Part shown: positions 9,865 through 18,731 of the stretch, piece after piece
Numbering within the stretch: position 1 is the first letter of the stretch
Layout: each line of letters begins with the position of its first letter
Assembly: GCA_963769935.1 (NCBI GenBank)
Contig: CAVYNY010000029.1
Coordinates: 1 to 33,334 of the forward strand
From: an uncultured delta proteobacterium
GTDB taxonomy: Bacteria; Desulfobacterota; Desulfobacteria; Desulfobacterales; JAFDCJ01
DNA: 33,334 nt
Reading direction: 5' to 3'
The notes under the pieces: generated by a model
Databases searched by the model: none
Told to the model about the DNA's origin: nothing
The model's input: the letters and a program-made list of their open reading frames with translations, nothing else
Made by a program: the position numbers and the translations under genes

Positions 9865-11283
9865 ATGGCTGAAGTACTCATCATTGACGACGATCGGACT
9901 CTCTGCCGGATGCTGAGCGATTTGGTTGCCGGCATGAATCACCGGGCCGCCTGCGCAGTCACCCTGGCTGAGGGGCTCACCAGGGCCCATTCCGGTGCCT
10001 TTGAGGTTGTCCTGCTGGATGTGGGTCTGCCTGACGGCAGCGGTCTGGAAGGGTTGACGGAAATACGGCAAATTAACCCCTTTCCAGAGGTAATCATCAT
10101 GACAGGCGACGGGGATCAGGATGGGGCGGAAGTCGCCATCAAAAACGGCGCTTGGGATTACATCCAAAAACCGCTGATCCGCAAGGAGGTAATACTGGCG
10201 CTCAAACGGGTCTTGCAGTATCGCAGCGGTTCCCACAAACCGTCTGAAACCGCCGTATCTTTAAGGCTGGACAATATTATCGGCAGCAGCCCGCAAATGA
10301 AAGCATGCTACGATTCCCTGGCCCGGGCCGCGAACTGCGAGGCCAACGTGCTGATTACCGGTGAGACCGGAACTGGCAAGGAATTGTTTGCCCATGCCAT
10401 TCACGTCAATAGCCTTCGTTCCGGCAGCAATTTCGTGGTGGTGGATTGTGCCGTCCTGCCGGAGACACTTGTGGAAAGCACTCTTTTCGGGCATGAAAAG
10501 GGAGCTTTTACCGGGGCCGATAAACACACCGAGGGACTGATCAAACAGGCCGATGGCGGCACGCTGTTTCTCGATGAAGTCGGAGAGTTGTCTCTGTCCG
10601 TCCAACGGACTTTTCTCAGGGTTCTGCAGGAAAAGCGTTTTCGGCCGGTCGGCGGTAGCAAAGAAACCAACAGCGACTTCAGGCTGGTTGCGGCCACCAA
10701 CCGCAGCTTGGACGAAATGGTGAAAGTCGGACAGTTCCGGCAGGACCTGCTGTTTCGTCTGCGTTCAATCACCATCGAACTGCCGCCTCTCAGAGAGCGC
10801 AGCGGTGATATCAAAGAACTTGCCATCTATTACATGAGCCGGCAATGTGACCGCTATGGTATCCCCTCAAAGGGTTTTGCAACTGAATTTTTTTCAACTC
10901 TGGCATCCTACGGTTGGCCGGGAAACGTGCGTGAACTGGCCCATGCCATCGAAAACATCATTGCCACTGCCGGCGATGATCCGGTTCTTTTTCCCCAGCA
11001 TTTACCGAAATCAATTCGCTCGACAATCGCACGCGCTGCCACTCGCAGCAATTCCGGCGCGAATCGGTTTTCGGACCTGAATGAAGAGTGTCCTTCGATG
11101 GATATCACCTTGAAGGATTTTCGCGAAGGCACCGTCCAGAAGGCGGAAAAAGCATATTTGCAGCGCCTGATGTCGATTGCCGGAAACAACATCCAGAAAT
11201 CGTGCCGCCTGGCCGGTCTATCACGCCCGAGGCTATACGCCCTGCTCAAAAAGCATCAGATCTCCCGCTTCGACATTGCCTGA
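9865..11283 (+). CDS. NtrC-family sigma54-dependent response regulator (REC-AAA+-Fis HTH)
   Basis: VLIIDDD...VLLDVGLPD, Walker A GETGTGKE, GAFTGA loop, LFLDEV, FRQDLLFRL, WPGNVREL and C-terminal AGLSRPRLYALLKK. Confidence 0.96.
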   Translation: MAEVLIIDDDRTLCRMLSDLVAGMNHRAACAVTLAEGLTRAHSGAFEVVLLDVGLPDGSGLEGLTEIRQINPFPEVIIMTGDGDQDGAEVAIKNGAWDYIQKPLIRKEVILALKRVLQYRSGSHKPSETAVSLRLDNIIGSSPQMKACYDSLARAANCEANVLITGETGTGKELFAHAIHVNSLRSGSNFVVVDCAVLPETLVESTLFGHEKGAFTGADKHTEGLIKQADGGTLFLDEVGELSLSVQRTFLRVLQEKRFRPVGGSKETNSDFRLVAATNRSLDEMVKVGQFRQDLLFRLRSITIELPPLRERSGDIKELAIYYMSRQCDRYGIPSKGFATEFFSTLASYGWPGNVRELAHAIENIIATAGDDPVLFPQHLPKSIRSTIARAATRSNSGANRFSDLNEECPSMDITLKDFREGTVQKAEKAYLQRLMSIAGNNIQKSCRLAGLSRPRLYALLKKHQISRFDIA

Positions 11284-11406
11284 TGTTCATCCTGACAGTT
11301 TCTTCCTACCCAAAAAACAACTTCGCGCTTATCTGAACCTCCCCCTTTGGAGCGTCAATCCTCATTCGCTCATTTCCCGGCTGCCCAGTCTTGCGATGCA
11401 ATAATC

Positions 11407-11425
11407 TGTCTTCCCCGACAAGACA
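11407..11425. promoter_or_regulatory. Candidate activator-binding palindrome TGTCTT-N7-AAGACA (copy 1)
   Basis: tgtctt-ccccgac-aagaca lies about 90 bp upstream of a sigma54-like promoter, with an IHF-like site between. A second copy is at 18062-18080. Confidence 0.5.
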
Positions 11426-11513
11426 AAATATCGATTTAACTACCACCGATCGAGTTAGCCGGTCGGTGGATAACACTTTGAAATATATTGCTTATTCGCA
11501 AAAGAACCTCTTA

Positions 11514-11529
11514 TGGCATACCTTTTGTA
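11514..11529 (+). promoter_or_regulatory. Probable sigma54 promoter of the chemosensory operon (non-canonical -12)
   Basis: TGGCATaccttTTGTA (GG-N10-GT; the -12 C is replaced by T). An IHF-like taacactttgaaa lies at 11471-11483. Confidence 0.5.
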
Positions 11530-11600
11530 TATGGTCCGCATAATCAACTCTAAGTTATCACCATCAGGATTCTGTCCCAAGCGGAAGGAACCCCCGGTTA

Positions 11601-12026
11601 TTGAAAGCGCTTTTATATAAGGCCATTAACTGCAAAAAGGCGAACATGCTTAAGTCGGTGCTGATGGAAGTGCTGGGCGAAGACAGGTTGGAGGTCTTTT
11701 TTCATTTTCATGACCTCGAACGATACTTTCGCACGCCCCGCCGGCCGGATGATTTAACCATCGGCGTGTTTGCAGCCGCCGATCGTGAAAACCTCCGGCA
11801 GCTGGCCTCCATTCGGGACATCATCGCCGACATGAGCATTATTCTGGTACTGCCCGACCGAAATCACAAAACGATCGCGGAAGGTCACAAATTGCAGCCA
11901 AGGTTTGTCGCTTATATAGACAGCAATTTTAAGGAAATCGGGGCCGTGGTTCGAAAAATGATGAAAGCCGCCAACCCGACCGCCGCAGTCTCAAACACAA
12001 ACAGGAATTCATACAAGGAGAATTGA
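11601..12026 (+). CDS. Hypothetical protein, possibly a degenerate receiver-like alpha/beta fold
   Basis: 141-aa ORF (TTG start, upstream gaagga) ending 2 nt before MCP1. It has alternating beta/alpha segments (IGVFAA, IILVLPD, GHKLQPRFVAY) but no canonical DD/D/K receiver residues. Confidence 0.65.
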   Translation: MKALLYKAINCKKANMLKSVLMEVLGEDRLEVFFHFHDLERYFRTPRRPDDLTIGVFAAADRENLRQLASIRDIIADMSIILVLPDRNHKTIAEGHKLQPRFVAYIDSNFKEIGAVVRKMMKAANPTAAVSNTNRNSYKEN

Positions 12027-12027
12027 A

Positions 12028-14367
12028 ATGAAAAACATGAAACTGGGAATGAAAATCACTTTGGGTTTCGGCATCCTCATCGTCATCGCTGCAATATTGG
12101 GCTCGCTGGCGGTCTGGAACATGAAAAGCGTGGAAACGAAAAGCACGATGTTGGCAAACGAGTATGTTCCCGAGGTGAGTGTGGCCGATGACCTGCACGG
12201 CGCTTCCAACCGCGTGATGTTCGAGATGAGAGGATACGGCTTTACTGGCGATGAACAATATTACCGGAACGCCCGCACGGAGTTGGAAGTTGTCGACAAG
12301 GCCGTGGCCGATGCGCGCGCCCTGGCCCAGAAATCGCCCCACCTGGTCAATCTGAAGGACCAGATCGAGGTGGCCGCGAAAGCGGTTGACGAATACAAGG
12401 CGCTGGCGCAACAGACAGTGGAAATGAACGCCAAGATTGAAGCAAACCGCAAAAGCCTTGAGGCGGCCGCGGCCAAGTATATGCAGAACTGCGCCGACTT
12501 TCTGAAGAGCCAGGACGAAGCCTTTAAGAAAGATCTGGCCGAGCGCCAAAAAAAAATAGCACTTGTGTCCACGCTGGTTGATATCGGCTCTGCCGTGAGA
12601 GTCTCCAATTTCAAATCCCAGGCACTGGACGACCCCAGTCTGATGGAGCAAGCCATCAGCAAACTGAATGATGCCAAGCCGGTTTTCGCAGCGCTCAGGG
12701 AGATTACCCATGACAAGGAGGACGTCCAGCGCATTGACGACACCGAGTCGGCCGCCGCAAATTATCAGAAAGCCATGCGGGAATTTTTGGCGGAACACAA
12801 AAAGGGGTCCCTGGCCGACCAGAGTCTGCTGAATCAATACCGCAAGGAGATGGATCAGGGCGCCGGGATTTACGTCACAAACTGTGACGAGTTCCTGCAA
12901 GGGCAGCAGAAAAGCTGACCAAGGACATGACCGAACGCCACAGTAAGATCAACACTGGTCAACGATATCATCGACATCGGCAATGCCACCCGGATTGCGA
13001 ACTTCAAGTCCCAGGCCTTGCGGGAACCGCAAGTGATCCAGGATGCCCTTGAGAATTTCGCGAAAATGGACAAGCATGTTCGATGAACTTGCCGGCATTA
13101 CCCGGGCGAAAGTCAATATCGATCAGATCAAAAATACCCGGCAAGCGGCCATGGACTACAAGAACCGATGTCCGATTTGCTGAAGAACTGGCTGGCCCTC
13201 CAGGAGCTGGGGGGAAAACGCGAACATGTGGCCGAATCGGTCATCGAAGCGTGCAAGACCACGGCTGAAGCGGGCATGACCCATACGGATGAGATCGCTC
13301 ATAACGCGGCAGCATCGCTTTCCAGCGCTTCTTTTGTCATGATTGTCGGGTTGATGGTTGCGCTTATCGTGGGCGTTCTGGCGGCCCTTTTCATCACACG
13401 GAGCATCACCAGACCCATCAATCGCATCATCGAGGGTCTCAACGAAGGCGCCGAACAGGTGGCCTCGGCCTCCGGGCAGGTATCCCAGTCCAGCCAGCAG
13501 CTGGCCGAAGGCGCCTCGGAGCAGGCGGCCTCCATCGAGGAGACATCTTCTTCCCTGGAAGAAATGTCGTCGATGACCAAACAAAATGCGGACAATGCCG
13601 ACCAGGCCGACGGTCTGATGAAAGAAGCCAACCAGGTGGTGGACAAGGCCAACCAGTCCATGACCGAGCTGACCGGCTCCATGGAAGAGATATCCAAGGC
13701 CAGCGAAGAGACCTCCAAGATCATCAAGACCATCGACGAGATCGCCTTTCAGACCAACCTGCTGGCGCTGAATGCAGCGGTGGAAGCAGCGCGGGCCGGC
13801 GAGGCCGGGGCCGGATTTGCGGTGGTGGCCGACGAGGTCAGAAATCTGGCCATGCGCGCGGCCGAAGCCGCCAAAAACACCGCGGCGCTGATCGAGGGCA
13901 CGGTGAAGAAAATCCATACCGGCTCCGAGCTGGTCTCCGGCACCAATGAGGCTTTCAGCCAGGTGGCCGAAAGCGCCGCGAAGGTGGGCGAGCTGGTGGC
14001 TGAGATCGCGGCAGCTTCCAAAGAGCAAGCCCAGGGCATCGAGCAGGTCAACACGGCGGTGTCTGAAATGGACAAGGTCACCCAGTCCAATGCCGCCAAT
14101 GCCGAAGAATCGGCATCGGCTTCGGAGGAAATGAGCGCCCAGGCGGAGCAGATGAAGGCGATCGTCGATGAGTTGACGGCACTGGTGGGCGGCAGTCAAA
14201 ACGGCGCGGGCTATGGTGCTGCGCGGCCGATGCCTGCTTTGCATGCCGGGACCCATAAGGAAACGGCGGTGGCGTCCAGGAAGATCAAAAAACTCTCGGC
14301 CCATAAAGTACAGGAAGTATCGCCTGAACAAATTATCCCCCTGGAGGATGATTTTAAGGACTTCTAA
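12028..14367 (+). CDS. mcp: Methyl-accepting chemotaxis protein 1, with frameshifts between about 12910 and 13170
   Basis: [17 protein letters not shown]1, a long helical periplasmic domain, TM2 ([21 protein letters not shown]), signalling core [37 protein letters not shown] and C-terminus EDDFKDF. RBS aaggag. Confidence 0.92.
13442..14367 (+). repeat. Near-identical ~930 bp duplication of the MCP signalling region (copy 1; copy 2 at 16495-17423)
   Basis: Long identical DNA stretches through the stop codon, e.g. gtatcgcctgaacaaattatccccctggaggatgattttaaggacttctaa in both copies. Confidence 0.92.
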
Positions 14368-14450
14368 ACGATTGCCGATCAAACCCGAGGATCGACGATT
14401 TGCGGAGCAATCGGCGATCCTCAATCCAGATTATCTAGAGGTCGAATATT

Positions 14451-17423
14451 ATGGAAAAAATTCTCAAAAGTCTAGTCTGGCTGGCGATCCTATGCTGCTT
14501 TATTCCCTCACAAGGGATTCTGGCGGGGCTTAAACCATCCCCGGATGAGGTCCTTAGGATGCTGCAGGAAGGCAACCGGCGTTTTGCCGAAGGAAAGTCA
14601 ATGCATCCAAATACATCCTCGGCGCGACTCCATCAGGCGGGAACCGAAAATCAGGGGGATTACGCCTATGCCACCGTGATTGCCTGCTCGGATTCACGGG
14701 TGCCTGTTGAGCGGATCTTTGATGCCGGAGTGATGGATATATTTGTCATTCGTGTTGCCGGTAACGTCGCAGATACCGATGAAGCCGGTTCGATCGAGTA
14801 TGGCCTGGCGCATGTCCACACCCCAGTGCTGGTTGTTCTTGGTCATACTCAATGCGGAGCGGTGACAGCGGTTACCCATTCAATCCTTGGAAAAGGGCAT
14901 GCCTTGGAACGGAATATCCCTCCATTGGTAGATAATATCATACCAGCCGTAAAACGGGCCATGGCACAAAACCCAGGCGTGCAAGGCGACGAAATTATTC
15001 CGTATGCCGTCAGTGAGAATGTTTGGCAAACTGTGGAAGATCTCTTTATGCAAAGCCCATCCACTCGAGATCTCGTTAGGAGCGGCAAGGCCAAAGTCGT
15101 TGGCGCCATCTATGATGTGGGCACAGGCAAGGTAAATTGGCTGCCTGAATCCAAAGTTGCTCAAATTCTCAAAAATGTTGAGGCAAATCCCCAAAGAGCG
15201 ATGAATGCCATGGCCGGTTCCGGTCACGCCGAAACCGTTTCCTTTGGGACAGGACATGAGACAGCGCAAGCTAAAAGTGTAACACATTCCGAGGTCAAGG
15301 CCGTGCCGGTAACCCTGGCAGACACTGAAACCATGAATATTCTCCAGACCGATTGGCTGAAGGAAGAAAGCGCACAAAAGCTTTCAACCGCCCATGCCAA
15401 ATTGTCAGGCTATTTCTATGCTTTTATAGTCATTTTAGGTGTCCTGGTGATCGGCGGGTTTATGCTTTTAGCCGGCGGCACTTTCAAGCGTTTCGGACTC
15501 AATCTCAAGCTGTATACCAGCTATGGGGGCCTTGTGCTTTTGGCCGCCATGCTGGGCGCGGGAGGATACATTTACCTGAACAACGTCAAGGGGGAAGATC
15601 ACCTGAAGGCGGCATTCCTGGAACTAGACGTCATGGCCCGTGAAATGCAATCGTTACAGGTGGAGTTTCTTTTACATGGGGTGGAAAACCAGGAATATGG
15701 TGAAACACGGGTCGCTAAAATCAAAGACCTCGTCAGCGAATATGCGCAGGGTTTGAAAGCCATTCGGTCGAGCGACTACCTCGTCGCCGAGCAAGCCGGC
15801 CAGCTCGGCGAACTTGAGACGGTCGTCGCTGCCTATGCCGGCGCACTGGAAGAAATGGTAAAAGCATACCGCGAGCTTGGCGAATCCAATGGAAGACTCG
15901 CTGAGCTGGGTGATGAGGCGGAACGGGTCCTGGCAGAGATGGCGACCCACTATGAGGCGGAATTCGCCAATCATGCAGCCGAGGGCAGTGACCCCCAAGG
16001 TCAACCCAATCAAGCCGAAATTATGGACCACCTTGCCAAGGCGAAAATTCAGATTTTAAGGGTATCGCAAGATGAAGTTGTATTTCGTCTGAACAAAGAC
16101 GCAGATCGTGTGGCGAACATGTCAAAGAATTTGGGTCTTCTTAAAGGATATCTGAAGGCAGTCGAAGAAAAGCTTCAGGAGGCCCGAGAAAAGGCAATGC
16201 TTCAAAAGGTTGAAGAAGAGCTGGCAGGTTACACCGCTATGTTAAGTAAGGTGGTCCGGGATGGTGCCGTTATCGAGAAGGACACCTCTGAAATGGTCGG
16301 GCTTTTGCATCAGTTGGAGGCCATCTGCACCGGTTTGGCCCAAGAGGCGGAGATCTCGGCGGATGGCATGGCACGGGAAGCCGACATTGCTTTAGTTCTT
16401 CTTATCGTTATATCTCTGGTAATTGGAACACTTGTTTCAATTTTTGTTGCGAGAGGCATCTCGAGGCCGGTCTACAGGGTTATCCGGAGCCTGGACGAAG
16501 GTGCCGAGCAGGTGGCCTCGGCCTCCGGTCAGGTATCCCCGTCCAGCCAGCAGCTGGCCGAAGGCACTTCGGAGCAGGCGGCCTCCATCGAGGAGACATC
16601 CTCTTCTCTGGAAGAAATGTCGTCGATGACCAAACAAAACGCGGACAACGCCAACCAGGCCGACGGTCTGATGAAGGAAGCCAACCAGGTGGTGGACAAG
16701 GCCAACGAGTCCATGACCGAGCTGACCGGCTCCATGGAAGAGATATCCAAGGCCAGCGAGGAGACCTCCAAAATCATCAAGACCATCGACGAAATCGCCT
16801 TTCAGACCAACCTGCTGGCGCTGAACGCAGCGGTGGAAGCGGCCCGGGCCGGCGAAGCCGGGGCGGGATTTGCGGTGGTGGCCGATGAGGTCAGAAATCT
16901 GGCCATGCGCGCGGCCGAAGCCGCCAAAAACACCGCGGCGCTGATCGAGGGCACGGTGAAAAAGATCGATGACGGTATCGACGTTGGTCACGCAGCACCA
17001 ATGAGGCTTTCAGCCAGGTGGCCGAAAGCGCCGCGAAGGTGGGCGAGCTGGTGGCTGAAATCGCGGCGGCCTCCAAAGAGCAAGCCCAGGGCATCGAGCA
17101 GGTCAACACGGCGGTGTCTGAAATGGACAAGGTCACCCAGTCCAATGCCGCCAATGCCGAAGAATCGGCGTCGGCTTCGGAAGAGATGAGCGCCCAGGCG
17201 GAGCAGATGAAGGCGATCGTTGAGGAGTTGAGGGCCCTGGTGGGCGGCAGTCAAAACGGCGCGGGCCATGGTGCTGCGCGGCCGATGTCTGCTTTGCATG
17301 CCGGGACCCATACGGAAACGGCGGTGACGTCCAGGAAGATCAAAAAAACTCTCGGCCCATAAAGTACAGGAAGTATCGCCTGAACAAATTATCCCCCTGG
17401 AGGATGATTTTAAGGACTTCTAA
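14451..17423 (+). CDS. Beta-carbonic anhydrase-chemoreceptor (MCP) fusion, with frameshifts at about 16980-16995 and 17345
   Basis: One open frame runs from a signal-peptide-like N-terminus through beta-CA motifs (LQEGNRRF, C79-S-D81-S-R83, [15 protein letters not shown]132-TQ-C135, [12 protein letters not shown]). It continues through three TM segments to the MCP core [18 protein letters not shown]. The 3' end is reconstructed by alignment to MCP1 (...EDDFKDF*, TAA 17421-17423). Confidence 0.92.
16495..17423 (+). repeat. Near-identical duplication of the MCP signalling region (copy 2)
   Basis: Matches 13442-14367, apart from a divergent patch at about 16960-16995 and one extra A in the run at 17342-17348. 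Confidence 0.92.
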
Positions 17424-17461
17424 ATTTCAATGAAACGCTCAACTGAATGGAGGCTTTTAAA

Positions 17462-17974
17462 ATGACGGAAATAACAGAAAAAATAGACCAGGCAGTCAAA
17501 CTCATGGCCGATAGGGAAGGCAAATACCTGACCTTCACCCTGGCCGAGGAAGAGTACGGCATCGGGATTTTAAAGATCCGCGAGATCATCGGTATGATGC
17601 CCATTACCTCCGTGCCCCAGACGCCGAAATTTGTCAAAGGCGTGATCAACCTGCGGGGCAAGGTGATCCCGGTGGTGGATCTGCGGCTGCGCTTCGGAAT
17701 GGAGGAGATTGATTATACCGAGCGCACCTGTATTATCGTGGTGGAGGTCGAAAGCGGCAGCGGCCAGGTCATCATCGGGATTGTGGTGGATTCGGTCTCT
17801 GAGGTGTTGAACATCAAGGCCGAAGAAATCGAGGACACGCCCACCTTCGGCACCCGGCTGAACACGGATTACATTCTGGGTATGGCCAAGATGGAAGGCC
17901 GGGTGAAGATCCTGCTGGACATTGATCGGGTGCTGAGCGCGGAAGAAATTGACGTTTTAAAAATGGCGGCCTGA
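17462..17974 (+). CDS. cheW: Chemotaxis coupling protein CheW (copy 1)
   Basis: KYLTFTLAEEEYGI...IREII...VPQTPKFVKGVINLRGKVIPVVDLR...GIVVDSVSEV...ILLDIDRVL. RBS ggagg at 17449 favours ATG 17462. Confidence 0.96.
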   Translation: MTEITEKIDQAVKLMADREGKYLTFTLAEEEYGIGILKIREIIGMMPITSVPQTPKFVKGVINLRGKVIPVVDLRLRFGMEEIDYTERTCIIVVEVESGSGQVIIGIVVDSVSEVLNIKAEEIEDTPTFGTRLNTDYILGMAKMEGRVKILLDIDRVLSAEEIDVLKMAA

Positions 17975-18061
17975 GTTGCGCTGGTGATAAGCAATTTAGC
18001 AAGGCGATATCATTGCTGTTTCCCGGGGCGCCAATCAGTCATATTGAGCATTGCAATAGTT

Positions 18062-18080
18062 TGTCTTGCGAGGCAAGACA
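18062..18080. promoter_or_regulatory. Palindrome TGTCTT-N7-AAGACA (copy 2); binding site or RNA hairpin
   Basis: ttgtcttgc-gag-gcaagacaa is a perfect 9-bp inverted repeat in the cheW/cheX-like intergenic region. Confidence 0.45.
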
Positions 18081-18152
18081 AAGTCAGGCGCTCGTCCGTG
18101 CCGTCCAAAGCTAAAGGATGGAGTCAAATAAAGGATACCAAAGGAAAAGAGC

Positions 18153-18635
18153 ATGCAGGAAATCAATACATTGGACTTTAAAGAATTCCTAATGAATGCC
18201 ATAGGAAACGTCTTTGATCTGATGCTTTCCATGGAAGCCGAATTCATCGATGCGGGCTTTCAGCCGACCCCTGGGGATAGTCAAATTGTAGGGACCGTCA
18301 GTTTCGCAGGCAAAGTGATGGGAAACATCAATATTCAAGTCAATGACGCCTTTGCGCGGGTTATGACCTCCGCCATACTGGACATGGAATTGGATGAAAT
18401 CGAAGGCGAAGAAGAGACCTATGATGTCATCGGAGAGGTGAGTAATATGATCGGCGGTGATTTAAAGTCGCGATTGTGTGACGCCGGCTATCTCTGCCAA
18501 CTTTCAATTCCATCCATCACCAGCGGCCATAATTATAAGATTGAATCAAAGAACTGGGAGCTGCATGAATCGGTGGATTTTCGCTGCCGGCCGCACACCG
18601 GACGGGTGGAAGTTTATATTAAACCAGGCTCATAA
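18153..18635 (+). CDS. cheX: CheX-family phosphatase-like protein
   Basis: VFDLMLSM...IVGTVSFAG...G, DVIGEVSNMIGG (E-x-x-N motif) and LSIPSI. Confidence 0.85.
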   Translation: MQEINTLDFKEFLMNAIGNVFDLMLSMEAEFIDAGFQPTPGDSQIVGTVSFAGKVMGNINIQVNDAFARVMTSAILDMELDEIEGEEETYDVIGEVSNMIGGDLKSRLCDAGYLCQLSIPSITSGHNYKIESKNWELHESVDFRCRPHTGRVEVYIKPGS

Positions 18636-18656
18636 CCTAAATGGTGGAGAATCACC

Positions 18657-18731
18657 ATGGCATTAAAAATTCTTACGGTGGATGACAGCAAAAAGATCCG
18701 ATTGATCGTCAATACAAGAGATTGGGCATGA
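18657..18731 (+). pseudogene. 5' stub of a response regulator
   Basis: RBS ggaga, then MALKILTVDDSKKIRLIV-NTRDWA*. Similar to 25535 MSVKILTVDDNKTIRVGV. The stop overlaps the cheA start (ATGA). Confidence 0.75.

Noticed and set aside
14387..14422. Stem-loop between the two MCP genes as a terminator
   Set aside because: The stem is imperfect and has no U-tract; at most an mRNA-stability hairpin.
5436..14424. Long minus-strand ORFs (5436-6554, 11929-12900, 13156-14424 and similar)
   Set aside because: They are antisense shadows of GC-rich + strand genes and have no recognisable motifs.
17341..17349. Programmed frameshift or phase variation at the A7 run in the CA-MCP
   Set aside because: The paralogous copy has A6, and a homopolymer sequencing error is the simpler explanation.
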